A stretch of DNA of 64,000 bases, from contig OX597820.1 in the NCBI GenBank assembly GCA_951406725.2, forward strand, positions 11,532,001 through 11,596,000, in the 5' to 3' direction. The notes under the pieces were generated by a model. The model was not told the DNA's origin. It did no database searches and saw only the letters and a program-made list of their open reading frames with translations. The translations under genes were made by a program, and so were the position numbers. Within the stretch, counting starts at the first letter, position 1. Every line of letters starts with the position of its first letter. Source of the stretch: Octopus vulgaris. Lineage: Eukaryota. Shown here one piece after another: positions 1 to 13,440 of this stretch.

Positions 1-684
1 GAACGATCACAAAGTTCAATATAAGGAAAACATCAACAAGGAAGAGAAAAGGAAAACAGAGGCATGGAATAAGAAAGGAAAAGAGAAACGAATCGAAGAA
101 GAGAGAAAAAGAGAAGCAAAGAGAAAGAATATCAAAGAAATATATTCAAATGACTCCACAGCATTTGGCAGAAAGATACGCACGGTATCGTTCCGTTTCT
201 CGTTTCTTTTATCTCGCTTCTTATTCTACTTTGATAAAGAGTTCAGTCGGAAAGCCAGTCTTCTTCTCTTCCTCCCCCCCCCACCTTTTAAGCATACAAT
301 TCACTGAGCGCAAATTTTCTTGCTTTGTTTGAGTGTGTTTAAATTTTGTCATCACTTTTCAAATTTTTGTCTATCCGTTTCCAACCTCACACGTTATCCG
401 CCTCATATTTCCCTCGATCTATTTGTGCTAATTCACCACTGAATTCAAGATAAGCATATCAAAGCATATAAGAAGTGAACAGCATTTGATTTTAACAGTT
501 ATGGACGAGCATCAGTGATAAGCGCAGAGGTGTATGACTGAAGACTATGGAATATATAATATATATTATTATTACAAATCCATTAAAAAGTATACTCATA
601 CATACTATATATATATATATATATATATATAATAAATATTGAATTTTCTAAATCTCTCGTAGAGACATGTACGGTGGTGGGGCG

Positions 685-868
685 ATAGAATGGTTGTATA
701 CTGTCAATCTAACAAGAACGTGACAGTAGGGGTCACCACCGCTGGCCTAGGAAACATCGAACGCCTCCTAGCTATCAGGAGGCGTTCGATGCTTCCTAGG
801 GCTATACAGCGGTGGTGTACCCCCTACTGTCACGTTCTTGTTAGATTGACAGTATACAACCATTCTAT
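685..868. repeat. ~184-bp near-perfect palindrome (foldback) abutting a (TA)n/(TACA)n tract
   Basis: atagaatggttgtatactgtcaatctaacaagaacgtgacagtagggg (685-) is the reverse complement of cccctactgtcacgttcttgttagattgacagtatacaaccattctat (-868); pairing continues inward to a short loop near 770-776. Confidence 0.9.
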
Positions 869-929
869 ATATATATATATATATGTACATACATACATAC
901 ATACATACATACATACATACATACATACA

Positions 930-960
<31 letters not shown>

Positions 961-1486
961 GTATATATTATCTGTCTCTCCCCTCTTTCTCTTTTTCTCT
1001 CGTTGCTCACGCGTAACCATCGTCCATCTTTCTTTTCCTCACGTCGCCATCTTTCTTTCCTGCACGGACTTCTAAGGACTGAACGTCTCCTATCTCTCTC
1101 TTCTATCTTTTCTCTTTTCAAAGAAAATATTTCTCTCAGCGTTCACTAATTTTCCTCTCGTTCAGGTCTAACGTCCCTCCATGTTTGCTTCCGTTCGGTT
1201 TCCCTGTATGCCTCCACTGTCCTATTTTTGTTCCTAACTTTGAACCTCCATAAATCCAAAATATTATTTCGATATTTATGGGAGAAACTGTCTTCCAAGA
1301 TTCATATTGTCGTTGATTGCTCAAATGGGGAGTAGATAGACAGCCGACAACTGATGAACGGTCATTCTTTGTATTATTTCTCGTTTTTTCTCTCTCGTTA
1401 TTTGCGTATTTAACGCATTTGTTTTCGTATTCCATGTTGTTTACTGTTGGTGATGTCCTGTACCGATATATGCGCTAAGCAGTGTT

Positions 1487-1775
1487 TACATATAATCACA
1501 GTTTAGGTTAGTTGAAGTATGTTTGTCACATATTTCAACTGCTAAAGGCAAACACACTGCAGTTAGCGTAGAGAAAAAAATCCCTCTTATGGTAAGAAGG
1601 TGTGTGTCGCTCTCGAGAGAGGGCGACGAGGGCGACACTGAACGAACGGGGTTGTTTTCACACCCTTTTACCATAAGAGAGGATTTTTTCTCCCCGGTAA
1701 CTGCAGTGTATTTGCCTTTAGCAGTTGAAATACGAGATAAACATACTTCAACTAACCTAAACTGGGATTATATAT
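1487..1775. repeat. Inverted repeat with ~115-bp arms (foldback/MITE-like)
   Basis: cagtttaggttagttgaagtatgttt...ctcttatggtaa pairs with ttaccataagag...aaacatacttcaactaacctaaactg. Confidence 0.85.
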
Positions 1776-1829
1776 ATGTGTGTATGTGTGTGTGGTGTGT
1801 ATACATATGTGTATATATATATATATATA

Positions 1830-2075
1830 TTTAATAATATCAAAGGGTAATCAGAAATATTAGAAATTGCCATTACCAGTGGCCTAGTGTGTAAAAATTT
1901 AGTCAATAGATTATATATTATTTATATAAATGTTTTTATTTTCATTCCCTTCGAAATTTTATCCCTAATAGTGGTTGGGAATTTAACTGTTCTCTCTAGC
2001 GTGCAAGGAGTCCTATGATGGATGCCTCTTATGTGTTTAAATGTACACTGTATTTATGTGAATAATATAGATTAA
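1830..2075. mobile_element. Short interspersed element as a (-)/(+) pair, next to (TA)n; same family at 54045-54480
   Basis: aatatcaaagggtaatcagaaatattagaaat and cattcccttcgaaattttatccctaatagtgg both recur at 54052 and 54360; the latter occurs reverse-complemented at ~54175-54210. Confidence 0.7.
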
Positions 2076-2140
2076 TATATATGCATGTATGTATGTATTA
2101 TGTAGCGATGTACATTCGTTTGTATGTTTAGTGTATATAT

Positions 2141-2365
2141 ATTTCTTTACTACCCACAAGGGGATAAAAACAGAGGGGATAAACAAGGACAGACAAACGG
2201 ATTAAGTCGATTACATCGACGCCAGTGCGAAACTGGTACTTTATTTATCGACCCCGAAAGGATGAAAGGCAAAGTCGACCTCGGCGGAATTTGAACTCAG
2301 AACGTAACGGCAGACGAAATACGGCTACGCATTTCGCCCGGCGTGCTAACGTTTCTGCCAGCTCA
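2141..2365 (-). mobile_element. tRNA-derived SINE family A
   Basis: Reverse complement of consensus gagctggcagaa..cgttagcacgccgggcgaaatgc..gttctgagttcaaattccgccgaggtcgactttgcctttcatcctttcggggtcgata; B-box-like gagttcaaattcc; >15 copies in window. Confidence 0.9.
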
Positions 2366-2699
2366 CATATATATATATATGTATATTGTATGTAATCCAA
2401 CGGGAATTTTTTTTTTAAACAGACGTAACTTTTAATGTATTAATTGATTAATATTTTACAGATAATCATTTACCCTTGGTATTTTGACTCTGTCCTTCTC
2501 TATAAGCTATTTTTGATTTAAGGTTTTCTTCGATTTTAAAATATGATGATTTTGTACCGAAATTTGTTCATAGCATGCAACCCGTCATTGTAAAGACAGT
2601 TAGTTGAAAGAACTAATGAAGTAAAACGATTTTAAATGTGTATCTATTAAACTAATTGTGTATGTTTGCTTATAACCGTATTTTTGTTCCATTCTAAAC

Positions 2700-2746
2700 A
2701 AAACTGCTCGATGAACGGGAACGTGAAACTCTGAGTAACAGTTTTT
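2700..2746 (+). ncRNA. Degenerate type I hammerhead-like motif
   Basis: aaaactg-c-TCGATGA-acg(ggaa)cgt-GAAA-ctctgag-TA-acagtttt; stems I, II, III present but CUGAUGA core altered; relative at 53427. Confidence 0.5.
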
Positions 2747-2839
2747 GTTATCATTTTGCTGTTTTTTAATACATACACACACGCACATACATATATATAT
2801 ATATAACATGAATCATGTTGATTCGCTAGCCTCTGCACG

Positions 2840-3259
<420 letters not shown>

Positions 3260-3268
3260 TATATATAT

Positions 3269-3370
3269 ATGGAAATATTGTTTGCAGAATCAACTTTATA
3301 ATTGCTATTAGCAAATGAAACACGTGTAAAGGAGAATAAATAATTCCTAAAAAATTTCAATTTCCTGTTT

Positions 3371-3416
<46 letters not shown>

Positions 3417-3520
3417 CAAAACAGGAAATTGAAATTTTTTAGGAATTATTTATTCTCCTTTACACGTGTTTCATTTGCTAATAGCAATTATAAAGTTGAT
3501 TCTGCAAACAATATTTCCAT
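3269..3520. repeat. Perfect 109-bp inverted repeat with (TA)n spacer
   Basis: 3269-3377 is the reverse complement of 3412-3520 with no mismatch seen. Confidence 0.95.
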
Positions 3521-3683
3521 AATTCTCCTCATTCTATATCGAGTGAAAAACGGTATGGACGCTTTGTTTTTGTTTTGGTGTCTCGCTCTGCTGTATACGA
3601 CTATGAGGATTCGCATCCTGAAAGAAACTCGTATTTTTCCTAAACTTATAATGTAATACATGTCTTTGGTGTGGTAATTGTGC

Positions 3684-3770
3684 GCGGCTGATGAAGGCTA
3701 TTGACATACATATTACATCAATTATGCATTGATATAAACTGTCTAATAAAGCCAGAAACATATGTACCGT
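3684..3770 (+). ncRNA. Type I hammerhead ribozyme with long stem II and palindromic stem III
   Basis: gcgg-CTGATGA-a-ggct...agcc-a-GAAA-catatg-TA-ccgt; stem I gcgg/ccgt, predicted cut after GUA at 3766. Confidence 0.75.
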
Positions 3771-3803
3771 TAAATCCTTTGCATCCTGTTTTTCTTTTGA
3801 TAA

Positions 3804-3901
<98 letters not shown>

Positions 3902-4153
3902 TTAGATAGATAGATAGATAATACATACGTACATACATACATATATATATATAACGGGAAGCTTTATGAAAATAAACGAAAGACGAAGGCAGGTTGAATA
4001 CAAACAAACAATTGTATTAGTAAGGCGCTCAGGAATATATATGTACATATATATTGTAAATGTATGCATAGATACAGCTATCTATATGTATGTATACGTA
4101 TATATACATACATATATAAACATATATTTACATATATATACTTGCATACACTT

Positions 4154-4212
<59 letters not shown>

Positions 4213-4654
4213 AACTTTGAAGGATAGGAAGTATGTGTGTGTACAAATGTGAAATGCGTGTGAGTAGGACTAGAGTGACAGAATGTGAATGACAGAGATA
4301 ATCTTTTTTTCCGTTTCACACAAGATTAAATGTATTAATGGAAATGTAACGCAGGATATACATTAGAGCCCGTTTCCATTATCTAAGACACATCGCTTCG
4401 TACATTAATAATTAATATATCTGACCCAGTTGTCAGCGAAGCATTATTTATGCAGATCAGATATACCGATTTGGTGAAGTTGTTATTTATAGTGATTACA
4501 TAGATATACGTAGAGTTTATTTCTCCAAAGATAAAGGCCAGTATATGATTTTTTTAAGAGGGTTCCACCAAGGACCGAAACCGATCCAAGTTATCTCTTT
4601 TTTTAGTCCAATGATAGTATTTATTATATTTGTCTGTGGTGTGACGACATGCTA

Positions 4655-5215
4655 GGAGAGTCATTAGCACGCGGGACGAAATGCTTAGCGGTATTTTGTT
4701 AATCCTTACGTCCTGTGTTCAAATGCCGCCGAGTTCGATTTTGCCTTTCACCCTTTCGGTGTCAATGAAATAAGTAGTGACTATGTAATTGGCTGGTGTC
4801 CTCTTCTAAACTTTCAGGCTTTGAGCCTATCACAGAAAGGATTATATTTGTCCAGCATAATAAGCGGCCAGCTGGCAGAAGCGTTAGCATGCCGGGCGAA
4901 ATGCTTAGCGGTATTTCGTCTGCCGCTACGTTCTGAGTTCAAATTCTGCCGAGGTCAACTTTGCCTTTCATCCTTTCGGGGTCGATAAATTAAGTACCAG
5001 TTACGCACTGGGGGTCGATATAATCGCCTTAATCCGTTTGTCTGTCCTTGTTTGTCCTCTTTGTGTTTAGCCCCTTGTGGGTAGTAAAGAAATAGGTATT
5101 TCGTCTGACTTTACGTTCTGAGTTCAAATTGCCAGTCATCCTTTCGGGTTCGATAAATTAAGTACCAGTTGCGTACTGGGGTCGATTTAATCGACTGGCC
5201 TCCTCCCTCAAAATT
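4655..5215 (+). mobile_element. SINE family A cluster (degenerate copy 4655-4845; copy with tandem second unit 4864-5215)
   Basis: Matches family A consensus; second unit restarts at ggtatttcgtctg (~5095). Confidence 0.85.
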
Positions 5216-5329
5216 ACTAATATGTCCAGCATGTTTGTTTATACATCGCAGCGCCAGCTTGTATTGCTTTAGAAGTTATAAAGGTTAATGGATAAAGCTT
5301 CCACCCGAGTCGTATACACACGTAGGGTC

Positions 5330-5530
5330 GAATCTGCTCCCCGCTGGATGGGACGCCGGCCATTCGCAGGAATACTTATTTTTGACAGCTGAATGAATGA
5401 CCGGTCGGGAGAAACGTGAAATGAAGTATTTTGCCCAACAACACAACGCATCACCCGGTCCAGGAATCGAAACCATAATCTTACGATCATGAGTCCAACA
5501 CTCTATCCACAGAGCCACAGGCCTCCACTT
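5330..5530 (-). mobile_element. tRNA-derived SINE family D
   Basis: Reverse complement of the 47931-48180 element (catgatcgtaagat..ggtttcgattcctggaccggg..ttcatttcacgtt). Confidence 0.8.
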
Positions 5531-5679
5531 AAGAAGGGATACTATACAGTATAGTTCCGCTACCCAATAACGTACTGCTGACTCGTGTCTGTCAGATACC
5601 AAAGCAATGGCACTTCTGGGTGGTAATCCCTATTTTTAAAAAAGGGAAGGAGGCAAGAGAGGGTGTTCTAATTATAGAG

Positions 5680-5941
5680 AAATCTCTTGCTGAGCACCTC
5701 CAGGGTGTCTAGGAAAAAGATGGAGGGAAATTGATGAGGTCAAGCTTGCTGATGAGCAATGAGGTTTTCGTCCTTATGCGACGGTGGAGGCTTCGCTGCT
5801 GTAGGCCGTGTCAATTTGGTGTCAATGAATCTACCATTTGTTCCATTTACAAAGTGTATGGTGATGATTCGTGTATCACTGATTCATGTATCTCGCTGTT
5901 GTTTTTAAACCAAAACACCGTGATAAACGAGGCTAGAGGTA
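5680..5941 (+). mobile_element. pogo/Tigger-like DNA transposon relic (HTH fragment plus putative 3' end)
   Basis: Frameshifted translation GFAAVGR / QFGVNESTICSIYK (5789-5852) resembles the CENP-B/Tigger psq-type HTH. Confidence 0.5.
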
Positions 5942-6286
5942 TTAACCCATAATGTAGCTTGAAACAATTTGGTGGAGAAAGGGAAACAAAGTGTGTGCTT
6001 GGTTCTTGCATTTTGTGCAGCCGTGATCCACTCATGGAGTCCGCACATGAACTTGCCACACGTTAGAAATAGCAGCCAAATATCCGTCAAATTACTCTGC
6101 TATCTTTAAAATGGAATGAACACAGTGACGATGTAGTTGCTGATACACAAAAAAGTCATGGCGGTCACTGCTGGAACGCCTTTGATGACAGGCCTGCAGA
6201 GGTTACTTGGAATTAAACAAGAAGGCGTATTAGTGGGCGTGTGTGTATGTATGTATGTGTGTGTGCGTGTGTGTGTGTGTGCGTGC

Positions 6287-6325
<39 letters not shown>

Positions 6326-6984
6326 TGTGTGTGTGTGCACTTCAGCATGGTTATGCATGTACTCGAACGTGAGTGTGTGAGTGTGTGGTAGTGGGGTACT
6401 CGTGTTTTTGTAGGTATGATGTAAAAATGCTTGTTCAGTGGGTGGGAAACAGTTGTTCATTAGGAACTTCCTGTGTACTGGGAGAAGACCACAGGAGACT
6501 GTCCCAGTGTAACCCACCCTTTCTGAAAAGACACGACTAGACCGTCATGTGACTTCAATCACACTCACGGGTGGGCAACTTGGCATAGTCATAAAAATCA
6601 CCGGAAATGATAGCAATAATTTATAGACAAAAAAGAGATCAAAAGATTTTTGAAAACGTTGTGTGTGATAAATTCTGTTTGTTACACAATATTCGACCTA
6701 TCTCAGCGGTGCATTTCTTTTGATTTCTTCACCGCTGAAAGAGTTTGATCTTTTCTGTTGAGACAGTTAGAGACAGTGATGTCACGGTGACTTCTTGGCA
6801 TAAAATATTTTTAGATATACACTTTTAAAAGTATTTTTGCTTAGAACTTTAAAAAGGATGGCCGCTATTGAATGGAAATTAACTTTACTCATGTGAAATA
6901 CACTCTACCATTATGTATTTTGTTACTATTATATTACGTCATTCCTAACACTTTTTTAAATGTATCATTGTTTATTCAGGTCGA

Positions 6985-7090
6985 GTAGCCTTCAATCTTT
7001 TCGATGTCGATAAATTAAGTACCAGTTGTGTACAGGGGTCGATCTGATCGACTGGCCCTCCACCCTCAAATTTCAGGCCCATTAGAAAGG

Positions 7091-7152
<62 letters not shown>

Positions 7153-7465
7153 CATCATCATCATCATTATTAGCATTATTATTATTATTATTATTATTTA
7201 AGGCGGCGAGCTGGCAGAATCGATAGCACGCTACGCGAAATGCTTAGTGGTATTTCGTTTGCCGCTAGGTCGATTTTGGTTTTCATCCTTTCGGAATTCG
7301 ATAAATTAAGTACCAGTTGCGTACTGGGGTCAATCTAATCGTCTGGTCGATTCTGCCTTTCATCCTTTTGGGGTCGATTAAATAAGTACCAGTTAAACAC
7401 TGGGGTCGAAGTAATCGACTCATCCCTGCCTCCCTCAAGCTGCCTTTGTGGCAAAAATTTGAAAT
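6985..7465 (+). mobile_element. SINE family A fragments interleaved with (ATT)n
   Basis: gtcgataaattaagtaccagtt repeats; ggcggcgagctggcagaatcg head at 7202. Confidence 0.8.
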
Positions 7466-7495
7466 AATAATAATAATAATTATTATTATTATTAT

Positions 7496-7552
<57 letters not shown>

Positions 7553-8133
7553 AAAAATTTCGTTTTAAATCTGCCTTTTGATTATTTTTGTGAAATGGTT
7601 TATGTCAGAAAGAATAATGATTAACAATTCATGAACAGTTTTAAGTTACTAAATGTTATAGTTCGCTTAGCTGATAACATATGGATGTTTAATAGACAAA
7701 TGGTGATGGTTAAAACTAATGTAGAACAGTCGCTGCGCAGGAAAATATCCAATGATCGCAAACTATAAGTTTTTAATGTCAAGAGATGAGAATATTGACG
7801 TTTCGAGTAATGCCCGTCATTAAAGGGAGAGAACGTTATTTTTAATAAAGAATGTTATCAGTCATCACTATCGGTAATACTACCACTACCACCACCGTCA
7901 CAATCACTACCATTATCACCAGCAACACCCCATCCACTCACACACACACATACACACCTCAGTGTTACGTTCATCACTTTTAATACACCCCCCCCTCTTA
8001 ACAAGAATCACTAGCATCATCAACGATAATTTAACCACAGTTATCTTCACCTTTTCTGCCATATATATATATATATATATACATATCTTCGCCATGCTGG
8101 ACCGCTGAAATTTACAAGTCTTTCTCTCTGTTT

Positions 8134-8575
<442 letters not shown>

Positions 8576-8938
8576 TGTGTGTAGTGGCTACCGATCTATC
8601 ATGGCGACTGCCGGACAGAAGGATCACACTGGAGAGCGAAGAAGTAGGGGAGATAACAAAGTAAAGATGACCTCGAGCACGAAGGTGCGTGTGTGTATAA
8701 GAGAGTATGCATGTGCGTGTGAAAGAGAGCTGGTGGTCTGGACGTGTGCGTGTATGTATGTGTAGGTGTGAAAATGTGGGGATGGAAATTGTTCAGTGCT
8801 GGTATGTGGATGGTGTGTAATGTTGTATGGTGTAGTGTGGTGTGGTGTGAGAGTGGGGAAGCACGGGTGGGGTGTGGGTTCGGCTGAGCGTTTCATGCTG
8901 GACAAGTCCAAGGATATAGACCAGACTACTATGAACTA

Positions 8939-9101
8939 CTGCATTTTAACGTGTATAAGGAACCCATTTTTGCCAAAAATTAGATTAAAAAAATATGGGA
9001 CTTTCTTATACATGGATAGTATTATAATCCTTTACAAAACCTTTTTTTCCAAATTTTAAGCCTCCAAAATTAAGGGGTTCCTTATACACGTTAAAATATG
9101 A
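8939..9101. mobile_element. MITE of Tc1/mariner-pogo type with TA target duplication
   Basis: ta|ctgcattttaacgtgtataaggaaccc ... gggttccttatacacgttaaaatatga|ta. Confidence 0.75.
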
Positions 9102-9119
9102 TACTTCTTGCCAGAGGTC

Positions 9120-9341
9120 AAACTGGGTTTGTATAGGACCAGCCTAAGAAAAAAGCCAAGTTACAGAAGCATTGATGATTATTCAAAACTAACGAGACCT
9201 AGAAGAGAAAGACCTTTTTGCTGGGCCAACTGGAGCGAAGCAGAAAATCGGGTGAAGGATCATGAAGAAAGTCGTCGATGACCTATGCTCCATAGGAAGC
9301 AAAAGGGCTTTAGTAAGTTAGTAAATCAGTTAGATCGTTAA

Positions 9342-9378
<37 letters not shown>

Positions 9379-9380
9379 AG
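9120..9380 (+). mobile_element. 3' end of an RTE-clade LINE (decayed) with (TTAG)n tail
   Basis: gcagaaaatcgg (AENR) ... gtcgatgacctatgctcc (VDDLCS) followed by tagtaagttagt repeats, like the RTE C-terminal A.DR..W...V..LC motif. Confidence 0.55.
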
Positions 9381-10354
9381 GAATGTATGTGAGCGAATGA
9401 GCATAGGCACATTAATACGCACGAGGATGTGAAAAGGTGTAAAAATCACGAAAAGGAAAGGCGAATTAGGAAAAGTAAACCACTCGTTTATGCTTTGTAA
9501 AGAAACTTCGCCAAGCGTAAAGAAAGTTAAGTGACAACTTATGTTAACGGACAGTGCGATAATCCGTGGTGTGCGGTGGTACCAGACAACCATTGGTGAT
9601 CGATCGAGTGGCTTCATGAACTGAAACAGACGGCCATCTTTTTGTAGAGGGGCTAATTGTCGTGGCGGGAATCATAGAAATGCTCACAACAGCGTCTGGA
9701 TGGAGGATGTCGCACTTTGCCAGCTATATTTTCCTACAATCCAACAGATGGGATTTGCTGAGGTACCGGTAAAGTCTTGAGTGACATGGTGTTTGAATTT
9801 CGCTTTATTCGTAGTTGTGGTAATGATCGCGAAGGGACAGTATCATTAAGTCGTCGGACAAAATACTTCGCAGCATTTCTTCTGACTCTTTACGTTCTGA
9901 GTTCAAATGCCGCCGATGTCAGTTTTGTCTTTCACACCTTCAGGGTCGAAAAACTAAAAAACGCCAGTCAATTATTAGGATCGTTGTGATTCATTTGTGA
10001 TTCACTTATTCTCTCCCCTCAAAACTGCAGGCCTTGGACTCTGCAGCAGACCGACGTCCCGTTCAAAGAGGGGATGTTGTGATCCCGGTAACTTATACAC
10101 CACAGAAATCGGATAAACGGTCTTGTCAACCCTGGGTCTCAAGGAAAACGAAACAGTTGTGATAGTTGAACGCAAGATAAAAGCATGACAACCTACAACT
10201 AGAGCATTTGAAGATGATTGGCTGGATGCAATAAAACGTCGTGAAAATAATTAATAGCCACAGAATCAGTATTTATACCAATCAGTATTTATCTCCACTT
10301 AAAGTGGATGACCCGATTGATAAAGCAAGAGAAGTGGAGCACAGAATGCGATTA

Positions 10355-10510
10355 GTTCGTCCGTCGTTGTCGACGATGACCAAGGGCTTCACATGTGTGT
10401 CCAACTACAGCCGATCAGTTCGATGCGTGCTGAAGGCTCTTTCGCGGGTCGGGCGCTGCTGGTCTGCTGGAATTGAGTACAGAATACTGCGACGGTTACC
10501 GTGAGCTTAT
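10355..10510 (-). mobile_element. Probable RTE-LINE 3' end (decayed)
   Basis: Minus strand ARIELIG..THM resembles the RTE zinc-finger tail, followed by ggtcatcgtcgacaacgacggac stem-loop. Confidence 0.45.
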
Positions 10511-11032
10511 GGTAACTATCGCAGCCATTTTGTGGTCTAACACAACATCCGCTTCTAAGCAGAGATAAATAATGCGTCGTGAAAATATCTCTCTCTTTTG
10601 AAAGAGACAAGAAATGACGCGGGAAAGTTCACGCGAAAAAAAGAAAATGGAGATTATGGAGTAGCGAGCATTTCAAGGAAAATGTGATTATGTGGAAAGT
10701 GAAATTTAATGTTGTGCATTAGCATAAATCTAATAAAGGTTCTAGGAGCGTGGATGTTATTTATAGGAATAAAATGGAGAATAAATTATAATCTGCATAC
10801 ATTGTATACAGCCTCTTTCCATTTCAGAGGTGGAATTGTCAGGTGAGTGACTTGATCTGAGGCCGTGCGTTGAATCTACAGAAAAAGAGAAAGGAAGAAG
10901 ACATGGTATGTGAAATACAGTCAAATGCCAAGTTACCTAACCACTTTTTTTTTTCAATATGTGACCGCGTGTGTATCGTTGGCGATTTTTTTTCCTCCGT
11001 CTTCCCTTCCTTGGACCTTTCCTTTTTCTATG

Positions 11033-11065
11033 TTTCTGACGAAGAGCTCCGCTCAAAACGTTAAA
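11033..11065 (+). ncRNA. Minimal hammerhead-like motif (one core substitution) in a family F relative
   Basis: ttt-CTGACGA-a-gagc(tcc)gctc-aAAA-cgtt-aaa. Confidence 0.55.
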
Positions 11066-11434
11066 TCCTCCTTCTTTCTTTTCTTTCCTGAGCGTCCAAT
11101 AATACTATATTTGTTCCACGTCCTCTCGTTGTTGTGTTTTCTCTTTGTTCATGTTTGGATTAACTAACCAGCTATGACGACATGACCTGAACGAATGACC
11201 TATATAAATAAGAAAAATTATATTTATAACACGGAAATTTATATATGCTGACCAACAGCCCCACCCCAAACCAGATGCACTGAAACCATGTCAGTGATCA
11301 GGTCGTCATTAGTCCAACGAAAATTTTAACACCAAGCAATAAAGGTTCAAGTGAAGTGAACAGTTTCCGTGTGTGTTTTAATGGCTAACATGTGTCTTCC
11401 ATGCTGTAATTGTTCTGCTTTCATATCTGATTAG

Positions 11435-11735
11435 TGGACGCACATGGCCTAGTGGTTAGAGCAGCGGGCCGCGGTCGAGGGATCGCGGGTTCGAGTCTCA
11501 GACCGGGCGATGTGTGTCTTTATGAGCGAAACACCTAAGCTCCACGCGGCTCCGGCAGAAGGTAATGGCGAAACTTCTGCTGACTCTTTCGCTACAACTT
11601 TCCCTCCCTCTTTCCTCCTGCATCTTGAAGCTCACTTGCGACGGACCGGCGTCCCGTCCAGGTGAGGAACCTATACGCCAAGGAAACCGAGAAACCGGCC
11701 CTTATGAGCCTGGCGTGTCTCGGGAAGGAACAAAC
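11435..11735 (+). mobile_element. tRNA-derived SINE family C
   Basis: A box tggcctagtgg, B box ggttcgagtc, then tttatgagcgaaacacctaagctccacgcggctccggc; repeated at 12633 and 20090. Confidence 0.85.
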
Positions 11736-11754
11736 ATCTCTGACTAATCAATAT

Positions 11755-12137
11755 TGGTTTCAAACATTGGCACAAGGTCAGCAATTTTGAAGGAGGGGGC
11801 AAGTTGGCAGTACGTAACTGGTACTTAATTTATCGACCCCGAAAGGATGAAAGGCAAAGTCGACCTCAGTGGAATTTAAACTCAGAACGTAGCGGCAGAC
11901 GAAATACCTATTTCTTTACTACCCACAAGGGGTTAAACACAGAAGGGACAAACAAGGACAGACAAACGGATTAAGTCGATTATATCGACCCCAGTGCGTA
12001 ACTGGTACTTATTTAATCGACCCCGAAAGGATGAAAGGCAAAGTCGACCATGGCGGAATTTGAACTCAGAACGCAACGGCAGACGAAATACCGCTAGGCA
12101 TTTCGCCCTGCGTGCTAACCATTCTGCCACCTTGCCA
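11755..12137 (-). mobile_element. SINE family A with tandem second unit
   Basis: Two copies of atcgaccccgaaaggatgaaaggcaaagtcgacc. Confidence 0.9.
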
Positions 12138-12469
12138 CTTTACTCTGACTAAATATATTCATAGCTGAACAAACATGGAAACGAAATCTTAGCTGCTGCT
12201 TCTCGCGCAGCTGCTCCTACTGCTGACATTGCTACTGCTGCTGCTCGGTCGTTCAACTAAGCGTTGCGGACGTTTAAAAACCGTATTTATAGAAACATTC
12301 ATACATTATTCTCTGTTGCAGTATTCTAGATGATAAAAATCTTTCTTTGTGACAAGAACTCCAGTAAGCTCTTTCACCGTGGGCGTGATAAATCTAGATT
12401 TGATGCGGTTTTATCTTATTAAAAAATATCCGATGTTCTTTAAGACGCACTTTTGATATTAGATTTGTA

Positions 12470-12905
12470 GCTAAGATGGTGAGCTGATTGAATCGTTGGC
12501 ACGCCGGACAAAACGCTTAGCGGCATTTCGTTCGGTTCTTTACGTTCTTAGTTCAAATTCCACCGAAGTCAAATTTGCCTTTCATTGTTTCGAGGAAGAT
12601 GAGATAAATACCAGTCAAGTAATGGGGTAAATGTGGAGGCACATGGCCAAGTGGTTAGAGCAGCGATCTCGCGGTTGATGGATCTTGGGTTCGAATCTCA
12701 GACCGGGCGATGAGATTGTTTATGAGCAAAACGCCTAATCTCCACACGGCTCCGGAAGAAGGTAATGGGGAACTTCTGCTGACCCCTTCGCCACAGCTGT
12801 CTCTCATTCTTTTCTCCTGCGACGGTATGGCGTTCCGTCCAGGTGGGGAACCTATGCGCCAATGAAACCAGGAAGCCAGGCATGGCTCAAAAAGGATCAA
12901 ACAAC
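12470..12905 (+). mobile_element. Degenerate SINE A (12470-12630) followed by SINE C (12633-12905)
   Basis: Similarity to 4864 and 11435 copies. Confidence 0.8.
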
Positions 12906-12996
12906 AGCAATGAGGTCAACCAATTACGGCAAAGGAGGTAAATTTGGAAAGGCATTAAATTTGCAGTTGAGAGTTTAACAATAATAATTAACTACA

Positions 12997-13155
12997 GCAG
13001 GTGTTGCTGTGTGGTAAGTAGCTTGATTACCAACCACATGGTTCCGGGTTCAGTCCCACTGCGTGGCATGTCGGGCAAGTGTCTTCTACTATAGCCTCGG
13101 GCCGACCAAAGCCTTGTGAGTGGATTTGGTAGACAGAAACTGAAAGAAGCCCGAC

Positions 13156-13232
<77 letters not shown>

Positions 13233-13440
13233 TGTGTCTGTGTTTGTCTCCCTAGCATTGCTTGACAACCGATGCTAGTGTGTTTATGTCCCCGTCACTT
13301 AGCGGTTCGGCAAAAGAGACCGATAGAATAAGTACTAGGCTTACAAAGAATAACACCCGGGGTCGATTTGCTCGTCTAAAGGCGGTACTCCAGCGTGGCC
13401 GCAGTCAAATAGCTGATACAAGTAAAAGAGTGAAAGAGTA
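12997..13440 (+). mobile_element. tRNA-derived CORE-like SINE family B, full length, internal (TG)n
   Basis: gtggtaagtagctt..ggttccgggttcagtcccactgcgtggca..gggcaagtgtcttct (CORE-like accttgggcaagt) ... cagc(a/g)tggccgcagtcaaat..aagtaaaagagt. Confidence 0.9.

Noticed and set aside
1350-1362. CTGATGA here and at 39431
   Set aside because: No downstream stem II, GAAA and stem I partner found by eye
11435-11510. tRNA-like sequences here and at 20090, 42900, 47931
   Set aside because: They are SINE heads that continue into repeat bodies and lack a complete acceptor stem
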